DNA from: an uncultured Aureispira sp.
GTDB taxonomy: Bacteria; Bacteroidota; Bacteroidia; Chitinophagales; Saprospiraceae
Reading direction: 5' to 3'
Length of the DNA: 40,392 nucleotides
NCBI GenBank assembly: GCA_937942475.1
Contig: CALDEP010000158.1
Coordinates: forward strand, 1-40,392
The position numbers and the translations under genes were made by a program. Each line of letters starts with the position of its first letter. Positions within the stretch are counted from its first letter, which is position 1. This document shows, piece after piece, positions 1 to 8,391 of the stretch. A model generated the notes under the pieces. The model ran no database searches. It had not been told where the DNA came from and saw nothing but the letters and a program-made list of their open reading frames with translations.

Positions 1-952
1 GCAGCTTTTTTTTTGGATAAAAACTCTTTTTTGTTTTTAACTTTTGCCCAATCAACCTTTATTTGAAGTTTTTCTAATGAGGCAAGAGATAAGGGGAGTG
101 TTATAGGATCTTTCGACCATAATTCTAGGTACTCTAAACTATCCATAGTTCCCATAACTTCGGGAAGTGCTGCCAAAGGATTGCCTCTAAATATTAAATC
201 TTGAAGTTGTTTCAATTGTACAACACGATCTGATACGGCTGTTATTTTGTTATAAGAAAAGTCTAAACGAAGTAAACCGTTACAAGTCCAGATTATCTGA
301 GGAATTTCTACAATTTCATTTACGGCAAGGTGCAAGTATTTTAGTTTATTCAATTGCTCAAAACTCAAGGGCAATTTTTTAATCTTATTGGCACTTAAAT
401 CTAATCGTTCTAAGGATGACAGTGCTCCAATGCTTACCGGTAATTTTTCTATGTTATTTTTTCTAAGGTAGAAGAATTTAAGATTGGATAAGGAACCTAT
501 AGAGGCTGGTAAAGTTTTTAGTTTGTTATCACTCAAATCCAAATTTTGAAGTTGTACTAAGTTCCCGATTGATTTAGGGATAGAATCTAATTGATTTGAC
601 ATCAAATTTAGATAAGTAAGTTTTTTAAGATTGCTTATCTCTTGAGGCAAGCTTGTAATTTGGTTATCGTACAAGAAAAGACGCTCTAGATTTTTTAAGC
701 TAAATAGCGCTGTTGATAAGGTTTGAATTTTATTGTGACTTAAATATAAGACCTTTAGATGCTTTAGTTTTGAAATCTGAGGAGGGATACTTGTTAAGTC
801 TTGGTTATTTAAATTGAGTATGTATACTTCATTAGGATTAGATAAAGCCTCAGAGAGTGAGCTATATATTTTGCTTGCTTGTGCGAATGAATTATAAGAA
901 AGAAAGGCAAAAAATAGAATAAGGTAAACGTTTATTGCTTTAAGGTGCATCA
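1..952 (-). CDS. Leucine-rich repeat (LRR) protein with N-terminal signal peptide; 3' end runs off window start (partial)
   Basis: Reverse-strand ATG at 950-952 gives MHLKAINVYLILFFAFLSYNSFAQA (signal peptide). It is followed by many tandem ~23-aa LxxLxxLxLxxNxL repeats (e.g. LKHLKVLYLSHNKIQTL, LKNLERLFLYDNQITSLP, LVQLQNLDLSDNKLKTLP). The frame stays open to nt 1. It is absent from the ORF track because no stop codon lies within the window. Confidence 0.75.
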
Positions 953-985
953 GGTACGATTTTTAATTATTCAATTAAGGTCTTT

Positions 986-1240
986 AATTAGTAACTGATG
1001 TTACGCAGAACTTAAAGCGCAGCGCTCATGAGCAAAGCGAACTAAAATTAATTAGGCTGCTTAAAACTAGTAAACAGCTCAATAAATATAGTTTAATTTT
1101 GAATTTTTAATGTTGAATGCCCTATTTTTAACCAAAAGGCATTCAACATTCAAAATTAAGCATTAAAACAATATTTTTTAAGTAAAAGCAAGTTCAATAC
1201 TATCTAAAATGTTCTTGCGTAAATGAGTTAGTAAGTATTC
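986..1240. repeat. MITE-like interspersed repeat, copy A (~255 bp, ~16-bp terminal inverted repeats TAACTGATGTTACGCA / TGCGTAA(C)ATGAGTTA, internal long imperfect hairpin)
   Basis: Near-identical (~90+%) to 38191-38457 by direct comparison. Ends are inverted complements of each other. The internal perfect 13-bp stem AATGTTGAATGCC...GGCATTCAACATT has a 16-nt loop. Confidence 0.8.
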
Positions 1241-2475
1241 CTCCTCCTTCTCCAAATGACAACAACAAACAAACCAAGAATAACAACATAACCAATGCCC
1301 AACAAGGTCAGTAAATAAGACTTATTCCGTTGCATGACCACATAATCAGCAATGCCAGCTTTCCAAAAAAGCCATTCATCTGCAATAGAAGACGCTATGT
1401 TGTAATTGCCTGTTTCTAGAATGATGATGCCATCTTTAGAGTTTAAATCAATTCTTGCGGCTGTATTAATTGCATTATTACCACTACCATCATGTCCTAT
1501 AATGTTAGAATTTGGATCGTTTTGACTATAAATATGTGGTCCCAAACCATAAATGCCCATCCCATTTATAAAGGTTTCAGGCGTGCTCATTTTTGTGATA
1601 GATTCTCTGGAAAGCACCTTGTTGTTGGACACATTGGCGTTTAAAAACTTTGACAAATCGGCTGTACAAGTAAATAAGGAAGCAGCCGCCAATGCGGTAA
1701 ATGTATTAAAGGGTCTTTTAGTTTTATCCTCTTTATAGACATCTACTAAGCTTAAATTGGGTTTCTCAGAAAGAACAAAAGTAGAATTTTCCATTCCCAA
1801 AGGCTCAAAAATCGCTTGGGTCATGTAATCTTGAAAGGATTGACCTGTAACTTCTTCAATTATTAATTGCAAAATGGTATAAGCAGCGCCCGAATACATA
1901 TATTGGCTGCCAGGTTCGTAACCAACAATTGCAATACCATCCGAGTAAGGCGCATCAGCTGCTTTGATTAAAGATTCTTCAATCGTTTGTACGGTATCAT
2001 TAGCAGTAAAACCCTCATAACCAAGATCGTCCACCAAGCCAGAGGAATGAGAAAGCAATCTTCGAATCGTAACCATTTGATTGTCAAATTCACTTTTGGG
2101 AAGTTGCCATCTTGTAAGATAGGTGTCAATTGGGAGATCTAAATCTAATATACCTTGCTCTACTAATTTTAAAACGCCAAAAGAAGTTATCCATTTGCTG
2201 ATGGAAGCAACAGGGAAGAGGCTTTGTGCATTTACAGGCTTATCTATGGAGTAAAAGAAATCTTTTGAAACGTTTCCATCCTCGATTAAGGTCATGGCAA
2301 AATTTCCAACAGATTCTTGCTCTATTTTTTCTTTAGCAGCCTCAATAAATGCCTCCGAAGTATTTTCAGAAGTAATCGGTTTTAATAAAAAACCATCAAT
2401 AAAACCATAGCCAATAAAAGCAGTCCAACTTAAAAGGGCAAAACTGAGGAGAGCAATATATTTTAATTTTTTCAT
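1228..2475 (-). CDS. Beta-lactamase-family serine hydrolase (PBP/esterase-like), N-terminal signal/anchor and C-terminal TM segment
   Basis: 415-aa ORF with an S-x-x-K motif (ASISKWIT), a Y-S-G motif (YMYSGAAY) and a HDGSG element, typical of the class C beta-lactamase/PBP fold. The N-term is hydrophobic (MKKLKYIALLSFALLSW). The C-terminus has a hydrophobic stretch (LLTLLGIGYVVILGLFVVVIW) followed by RRRR. Confidence 0.75.
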   Translation of the reverse strand: MKKLKYIALLSFALLSWTAFIGYGFIDGFLLKPITSENTSEAFIEAAKEKIEQESVGNFAMTLIEDGNVSKDFFYSIDKPVNAQSLFPVASISKWITSFGVLKLVEQGILDLDLPIDTYLTRWQLPKSEFDNQMVTIRRLLSHSSGLVDDLGYEGFTANDTVQTIEESLIKAADAPYSDGIAIVGYEPGSQYMYSGAAYTILQLIIEEVTGQSFQDYMTQAIFEPLGMENSTFVLSEKPNLSLVDVYKEDKTKRPFNTFTALAAASLFTCTADLSKFLNANVSNNKVLSRESITKMSTPETFINGMGIYGLGPHIYSQNDPNSNIIGHDGSGNNAINTAARIDLNSKDGIIILETGNYNIASSIADEWLFWKAGIADYVVMQRNKSYLLTLLGIGYVVILGLFVVVIWRRRRNTY

Positions 2476-2536
2476 GCTAATTTTAGGTGTAATTTCTATC
2501 CTTTTACCTACACTTCAAAAGTAGTCTTATGGGGTT

Positions 2537-3268
2537 TTATACATTGACAGCACCCAAAACACTTTCAAAATAAGCATTCACCTTATCCACAAAACTATTA
2601 TCAATCACAGAAACCTGAATCAAATATTCAGCACTTGATTTCTTTTCAATATTAATCGTTTGATTAGCAGAGATGTAAGGACAGTTTAAAGCCAAGTGAT
2701 ACAAGTCTTCAGAACGTTGATCTGCGGCTACTTGAACCTTAAAAGAATGTGTTTGAACGTTATTTTTTTTGTACAATTGTTTTAAAACAGCCGTTCTGAT
2801 TTTTGCATTAGGAATGACGACCAATTCCCCTTTTTCGTTTACTAATTTGGTCTGTGATAAGTTAATGGCAGACAATTGACCTTGTGCAAAATCGGCAGAA
2901 ATAATGTCACCTGCTCGAAATTGATTGCTAAACTTAATCAAAATTCCAGCAAAGACATTTCGCCAATAATTGAAACCAATTCCAAACACGAGAACAGATA
3001 AAATGACAGTCACAATAAGATTAGCTTGTAACATTTTGATATAAAACAGCGCCACAAACAAAACCCAAATAATGATTTGAATGCGCTGCCACCACTTTAG
3101 AGTCGTTGCTTGACGCTCCTTAATAAAAGGAATAATGTAGTTGTTAATAATATTAAACACTACAGCGATGATAAGACCTGCCACCAAGAAGGTTAAAATA
3201 TCTGAAACAGGTATGTTTTCTAGAGAGCGCATATTTTTTAGTTTAAGATTTTTAATTCTGTGAGCCAA
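2537..3268 (-). CDS. Small-conductance mechanosensitive channel (MscS family)
   Basis: 243 aa with N-terminal TM helices followed by the MscS pore/beta-domain signature (FRAGDIISADFAQGQLSAINLSQTKLVNEKGELVVIPNAKI). The start overlaps the stop region of the upstream transporter gene by 31 bp (3238-3268). Confidence 0.75.
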   Translation of the reverse strand: MAHRIKNLKLKNMRSLENIPVSDILTFLVAGLIIAVVFNIINNYIIPFIKERQATTLKWWQRIQIIIWVLFVALFYIKMLQANLIVTVILSVLVFGIGFNYWRNVFAGILIKFSNQFRAGDIISADFAQGQLSAINLSQTKLVNEKGELVVIPNAKIRTAVLKQLYKKNNVQTHSFKVQVAADQRSEDLYHLALNCPYISANQTINIEKKSSAEYLIQVSVIDNSFVDKVNAYFESVLGAVNV

Positions 3269-6200
3269 TTTTCTACATAATACTTAGCGTGATGATTCAA
3301 AACATAGGTTCCCTGTGACTGTTTGTAAATCAAACCTGCCTTGTCCATTTCTTTAAGCGTTCCAGGAATTCCCATTGGTTTCTTGGAGCCAAATATTTTC
3401 TGAAGATCGCCTTCTTTTAGTCGATTATGAATCAAAATATGATACAAAATAATCTTCCAATTTGGATCTTTAATATTAGGAAAACTCAAAGAAGTAGGTT
3501 TTTGAATGATCAATTTATCTTCCTCGTTTTTTTGGATGTTATACACCCAAGCATTTAAAGCAACTCCAATCGTTCCTTTGGTTTTTAGATGAATGTCATT
3601 CAACAGCACATCTACTTTTTTGTTACTATCTACCAAATTATCTTTGAACCAAAGTGCTGCACCAGCCGTTTTATGACGATTTAAAATGATGTCTTTCAAT
3701 TCACTTTTACTAGCAGGAGACATGATAATAGTCGATAATAAATTCTTTTCTAAATTGGAGGTTTTGCGGATGATATGAAAGCTTTGCAAGCTACAATTCA
3801 ATAAGAAATAATGTCGATTGCCAAAGTTTTCAATGATCTTCGACAAGTAATTAATTGCTTGACTACCATCTGGACTTTTTACCCACCATTCTTCAATATC
3901 GTTAAAAATCAAGACTGTTTTTTGATCGAGTTGATTAAGAATAGATTCCGTCGTTCCAGCTTTGCTAAAGGTTTTTTGAAAGGCTTTGTGCAAATCGGTG
4001 GCATCAAACTTTTGCTTAGAAGGCGGATTAATGTAGTATTTTTCCTTTTTTATTAAGGTCTTGGCAACCGTTTCTGTAAAGAAGGTTTTTCCAGATAAAG
4101 AAGCACCAATAACAATAATGGCTCCACTAGTGCCTTGATCCATTCGTTGAATGGCGTTTTGAGCAATGCTCAATTCCTTGGCTCTACTACTCGAATTCAC
4201 ATTGTTCAAGTGACTGCCTGTAAAGAGTTTTTTATAATAAAAGGGCAATTCCTGTTCTGCGGAAGCTTGGATGCTCAAAGCAGCCATAAAGTTACTCGTT
4301 TGCTCGATGTTATTAAGATATTGATAATGCTTGCTGTCAAATTTCAGGGTATTAATATCTCGTTTGCGTTGGGCAACAAAATCAAGCCCATTGTGGTAAA
4401 TTGTTGCCGTGCTTTTTTTCTTTTGATTAAACCAATCTTGAAATCTATTGGTGATAATTGGTTTTTGAGAAGCACCCGAATAAGAGTCAATCGACTCAAT
4501 AATCGTACGGATATTTAAGTCTACACTAGTGTTGTGCAAATTGGTATTGACAGAGTGGTTGAAGGTTGCAGCACTGTTCTCTAATTTACTGTTGGCTTGT
4601 TCAATGCGCTGTTGAACTTCTTCTACAATGCTTTCATAATAACTGTGGTCCTTATTATGAACAGATTCATCAATAATGTGCTTAATTAAGTTGGCAAGGT
4701 TGTAAATCTCTTCCGAATTACCATTATAAACAACCGCCAAATTGTGCATACTTTTATGCAAAGGAGAGAGGTAGGAAGATTGAATGATGTAATCTTCTAT
4801 GTTCGCCAAATTAATAGACAAACTCTCCACATCTTCTGCCTGCGATTTGAATAAGACATTAAACGATTCTGCACTCATCAAATCGGTGACTTTAGAAGCC
4901 GAACGAGAAATAGATAAAATATTATCCTCGTCATTTTCCAAAATGCTAGTAAAGTTAACATGTGCAATACTTTCCGCCAGTAAATCCAATTCTTTATCAT
5001 TAAAAGCAACTTTACTTTTGGTGGATAAATGCTCGGTAGCATGATTGACGGCTGTTAATAGCGCGGCAATTCGATCTTCTTGAGGAGCAATGACCTGCTC
5101 TTGCACATAGGTTTTTATTTTTTCATTGATATTAAAAACAGAAAGCCCTGCAATGGATAAATTCAATTCAGATTCTACTTGCTTGTGTCCCAACACTTGA
5201 TTGCGTTCCCAGTCGGAAGCAAAACCATAGAGATTGGATTCTGTCAATAAAATATCTTTTTTCTTTGCTTTTTTAATGTTTTTAAGCAAATCTGGATTTT
5301 CCAAATCCTTGATTAGAGCAATACAAGCATCACGCTCATAGACTTTTAATTCATGGACAATTTGATGTTCCAAACCAGAATAAATTTCCTTGGCATGAAG
5401 GATAAATTGTGTAATGTTATTATTGAACTCTTCTAGCGCATTTTCCTTGCTTTTTGGAGTGGCGACAATGTTTTCAATGACCAATTGAGATTGACTGGCA
5501 ATTTTTTCTGCCAATTGATTGATTGAAATGAAGTTTTGAACCCCAAATTCATAGAGTGTGTGCTGTATGTTTGGTAATATTTTGCCATCAAAATAATGCT
5601 CCAAAGCTTCTTTCCAATAGAGCCAGTGCCCGCCATTTTGAGCAGATTTTACCTTTTTAGGAGCTTTGGCAACAAATACTTTGCGCTCATTAATAAACTG
5701 ATGCACGCCTTTTTCCAAAATTTCTTCTAAAGAATGTAATTTATCATTCCTGAAATTCTCTGAAAGTGCCGTGAGTTCACCTAAAAAATTTTGTAGTTCG
5801 GCAATAAAGGTATGTGCTGATTGATGTTGCTTTAATTCTAACAATGTTTTGTCAAACACTTTGTCAATGCTATCAATATATTGATAATAAAAAGAAGCAA
5901 TCGTAGATAAACTAGGCTCCGTAAGTTGATTGGCACTGCTGTCCCAATGTTTGTCTAAATCGGACACCAAATCATTGATCGCAGCATCCGCAGAAATAGG
6001 CAAGGGGTTGAGTGCTGTAGATTGCTTGGCGATCACTCGCTTTTCTTGTGAAAAGTCTAGATCCAACTCATTAAAATCATCAGAAGCTTTGACTAAAAGT
6101 GTTGTGCCAATGGTTTCAAATAATTCATTGGTTTTTAGAACAAATGCCGCTTGTTTGTCTACAGGAATGTTTGGAATTCCTAGAACAATTAAATCAGTAT

Positions 6201-8226
6201 TGGCAGATTGCAATTCAATAATGTCGTAAAACGGTTTTTGCTCCACGCCATTGTTGATAATCTTAATTTCTGCGTCAATTCGAAGTTTGCTGATTAGTTT
6301 GGCAATTTTAGATTTAATGACCGCATTATCAACATTATTATAATTCACAAACAAGACCCGAATCTTAGCACTCGACCACTTAGACGATTGCACAATGAAA
6401 CGAGCGATGTTCAACATCATTTCCGCATTATTATTATCGGTATCTCGCCACCATAAATCAATCGTTTTGTATTCACCAAAATCATAACGCTTGTCATAAT
6501 CCAAATAGAGTAAATTATAATCCAAATGAATTAATTTCTCGGTCATTTGAGCATAATCGACTTGATCCTTGATGTTTTTGGGCCAAGTCATCATAATGGT
6601 ATTGGGCTCAATACCCGAAAAACCAAAGGTGGCAGCAATATTTTCGATCCCTTTATAGATATTATCAACTTCAATTCTTCGACCAAAAATACCTAAATTT
6701 TCAAGCGTTTCATCTTTTACATTTTGTTTGGTTTTGGCTAAAGGAGCGTTGCCATCAACATTGGTAATTAGGTTAAAATTAGTCACCATCCCCGTTCTTC
6801 CAGAGACAATTTTACTGAAGGTCAGTAATTGAGGGCGTTCTTCTTCTTGCTCGCTGCTGAATAGAATCACATTAGGATTCCAATTGTTGTTGGCAGTTTC
6901 AGTTTGTTCTAAACGTTTGAGTCCTTTGGCAACGATATTTTCCCAAACACTCCGCCAAACATCGCCAGAATCTAGCATAATTTGCTTGCGTTGCAACCAA
7001 AAATAAATGCCCATTATGATAAAAATAGAGGCAAACATGGCAATCATATCCAATTTGAACATGATTCCAAAACAAGCAATAAAACCAACTAAACCAAACC
7101 ACCTATTGACTTTAAAGGTCGGTTGGAAATCAGGATTTGCCCAACTTTCTAAGAAGAAAGACAGGTTAATAAAGCCATAAGCCGCTAAATAAAACATGGA
7201 AACAACTCCTGCAATAACATCTAATTCTCCAATCAAAATACCCATTTGAGCAATGAGAAAGACTAAGAAAAGTGCATTGACGGGTTCATTATTTTTACCT
7301 TTTCCTTTTCCAAAAATCTTTGGCGTTACTTTGTCAATAGACATTGCTTGCAAAATTCTTGGACCACCTAAAATTCCTCCCAAAGCAGAAGAAAGTGTTG
7401 CTCCCCAAACTCCTGCAACAACGGCTGGAGCATAAAAGGATATTTTCATTAAAATATTATAATCAGAACGCAATAGATCGGTGTTAACAGAATAGCTAAT
7501 AAAAACAGCCAAAGCCATATAAACGATAAAACCAACGGCAATAGCTGCAATCGTTCCTACGGGAATATCTTTTTTAGGATCTTGCAAATCGCCACTCATG
7601 GCAATCCCTGCGGTAAAACCAGTCACAGCAGGAAAAAATACAGCAAAAACAGTCGCCAAAGGAACCGACCCTTCCGTTGAAAATAGGGCAGGGGTGGCGG
7701 CAGGGGCAAACTCATTGGTTCCCCAGAAAATAGAGAATAAGGATAAAATAATAGCTGCCAAGATAAAGAACTGTGTCTTTAAGGCAACAGAAGTACTAAT
7801 TAAGGCAATTGCTGTCAACAAAAATAAGGCAACAGAGCCCGAAATTCTCAAACCATTAATATCGGTACTCAAACCAAAATAGCCGTTGAAACTTTCGGCA
7901 AAACCAATCAAATAAAGGGCAATAGAAAGGGCTGTCCCCACATAAAGCGCAATTCCAATCGCACCTCCAATAGGAATTCCCATACTTCTAGATAAGATAT
8001 AGTAAATTCCACCAGCACCTACTTTTTTATCAGTAGCAATAGAAGAAACACTCAATCCAGTTGAAATGGAAATAATATGTGCCAGGAAGACAATTAACAT
8101 CGTTCCAATTAGCCCTGCATTTCCAACAACCCAACCCATTCTCATGTACATGATAACACCTAGAATGGTTAATACAGAAGGTGTAAATACACCCGCAAAT
8201 GCTCCAAATTTTTTTTGTCTTGCCAC
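3238..8226 (-). CDS. SLC12-like cation-chloride cotransporter (12-TM APC fold plus USP-like C-terminal domain) fused to a ~900-aa cytoplasmic extension ending in a P-loop/AAA+-like NTPase domain
   Basis: 1662-aa ORF. Residues ~1-480 form a polytopic APC/SLC12 permease (MARQKKFGAFAGVFTPSVLTILGVIMYMRMGWVVG... with multiple hydrophobic helices). Residues ~480-740 resemble the SLC12 cytoplasmic C-terminal domain (RVLFVNYNN..., DLIVLGIPNIP). A long helical linker follows. The final ~290 aa carry Walker A GASLSGKT (nt ~4084-4110 on the reverse strand), Walker B-like VLIFNDIEEW, and a sensor-like FLLNCS. Confidence 0.7.
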   Translation of the reverse strand: MARQKKFGAFAGVFTPSVLTILGVIMYMRMGWVVGNAGLIGTMLIVFLAHIISISTGLSVSSIATDKKVGAGGIYYILSRSMGIPIGGAIGIALYVGTALSIALYLIGFAESFNGYFGLSTDINGLRISGSVALFLLTAIALISTSVALKTQFFILAAIILSLFSIFWGTNEFAPAATPALFSTEGSVPLATVFAVFFPAVTGFTAGIAMSGDLQDPKKDIPVGTIAAIAVGFIVYMALAVFISYSVNTDLLRSDYNILMKISFYAPAVVAGVWGATLSSALGGILGGPRILQAMSIDKVTPKIFGKGKGKNNEPVNALFLVFLIAQMGILIGELDVIAGVVSMFYLAAYGFINLSFFLESWANPDFQPTFKVNRWFGLVGFIACFGIMFKLDMIAMFASIFIIMGIYFWLQRKQIMLDSGDVWRSVWENIVAKGLKRLEQTETANNNWNPNVILFSSEQEEERPQLLTFSKIVSGRTGMVTNFNLITNVDGNAPLAKTKQNVKDETLENLGIFGRRIEVDNIYKGIENIAATFGFSGIEPNTIMMTWPKNIKDQVDYAQMTEKLIHLDYNLLYLDYDKRYDFGEYKTIDLWWRDTDNNNAEMMLNIARFIVQSSKWSSAKIRVLFVNYNNVDNAVIKSKIAKLISKLRIDAEIKIINNGVEQKPFYDIIELQSANTDLIVLGIPNIPVDKQAAFVLKTNELFETIGTTLLVKASDDFNELDLDFSQEKRVIAKQSTALNPLPISADAAINDLVSDLDKHWDSSANQLTEPSLSTIASFYYQYIDSIDKVFDKTLLELKQHQSAHTFIAELQNFLGELTALSENFRNDKLHSLEEILEKGVHQFINERKVFVAKAPKKVKSAQNGGHWLYWKEALEHYFDGKILPNIQHTLYEFGVQNFISINQLAEKIASQSQLVIENIVATPKSKENALEEFNNNITQFILHAKEIYSGLEHQIVHELKVYERDACIALIKDLENPDLLKNIKKAKKKDILLTESNLYGFASDWERNQVLGHKQVESELNLSIAGLSVFNINEKIKTYVQEQVIAPQEDRIAALLTAVNHATEHLSTKSKVAFNDKELDLLAESIAHVNFTSILENDEDNILSISRSASKVTDLMSAESFNVLFKSQAEDVESLSINLANIEDYIIQSSYLSPLHKSMHNLAVVYNGNSEEIYNLANLIKHIIDESVHNKDHSYYESIVEEVQQRIEQANSKLENSAATFNHSVNTNLHNTSVDLNIRTIIESIDSYSGASQKPIITNRFQDWFNQKKKSTATIYHNGLDFVAQRKRDINTLKFDSKHYQYLNNIEQTSNFMAALSIQASAEQELPFYYKKLFTGSHLNNVNSSSRAKELSIAQNAIQRMDQGTSGAIIVIGASLSGKTFFTETVAKTLIKKEKYYINPPSKQKFDATDLHKAFQKTFSKAGTTESILNQLDQKTVLIFNDIEEWWVKSPDGSQAINYLSKIIENFGNRHYFLLNCSLQSFHIIRKTSNLEKNLLSTIIMSPASKSELKDIILNRHKTAGAALWFKDNLVDSNKKVDVLLNDIHLKTKGTIGVALNAWVYNIQKNEEDKLIIQKPTSLSFPNIKDPNWKIILYHILIHNRLKEGDLQKIFGSKKPMGIPGTLKEMDKAGLIYKQSQGTYVLNHHAKYYVENWLTELKILN

Positions 8227-8391
8227 AATTATTATATCTAAGTTAAGAAGGTAGAATCGCTTTTTTTAAGTGCTAGGGAAAGACTTTTGAGCGACTACAC
8301 AATATACCCAAAAATAGAAGTATCCCCAATTTAGAAGGTAAATTCTAAGTGAAAATTTATGATTTTTAAATTTGTCAAAACACGAAATTTA

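Noticed and set aside
3811-6229. Several plus-strand ORFs (3811-4056, 4135-4518, 4799-5044, 5930-6229, 7253-7435, 7598-7882, 8066-8254) inside the large transporter gene
   Set aside because: All lie antisense within a continuous 1662-aa ORF with coherent domain content. They are short with no signal or motif content. Treated as shadow ORFs.
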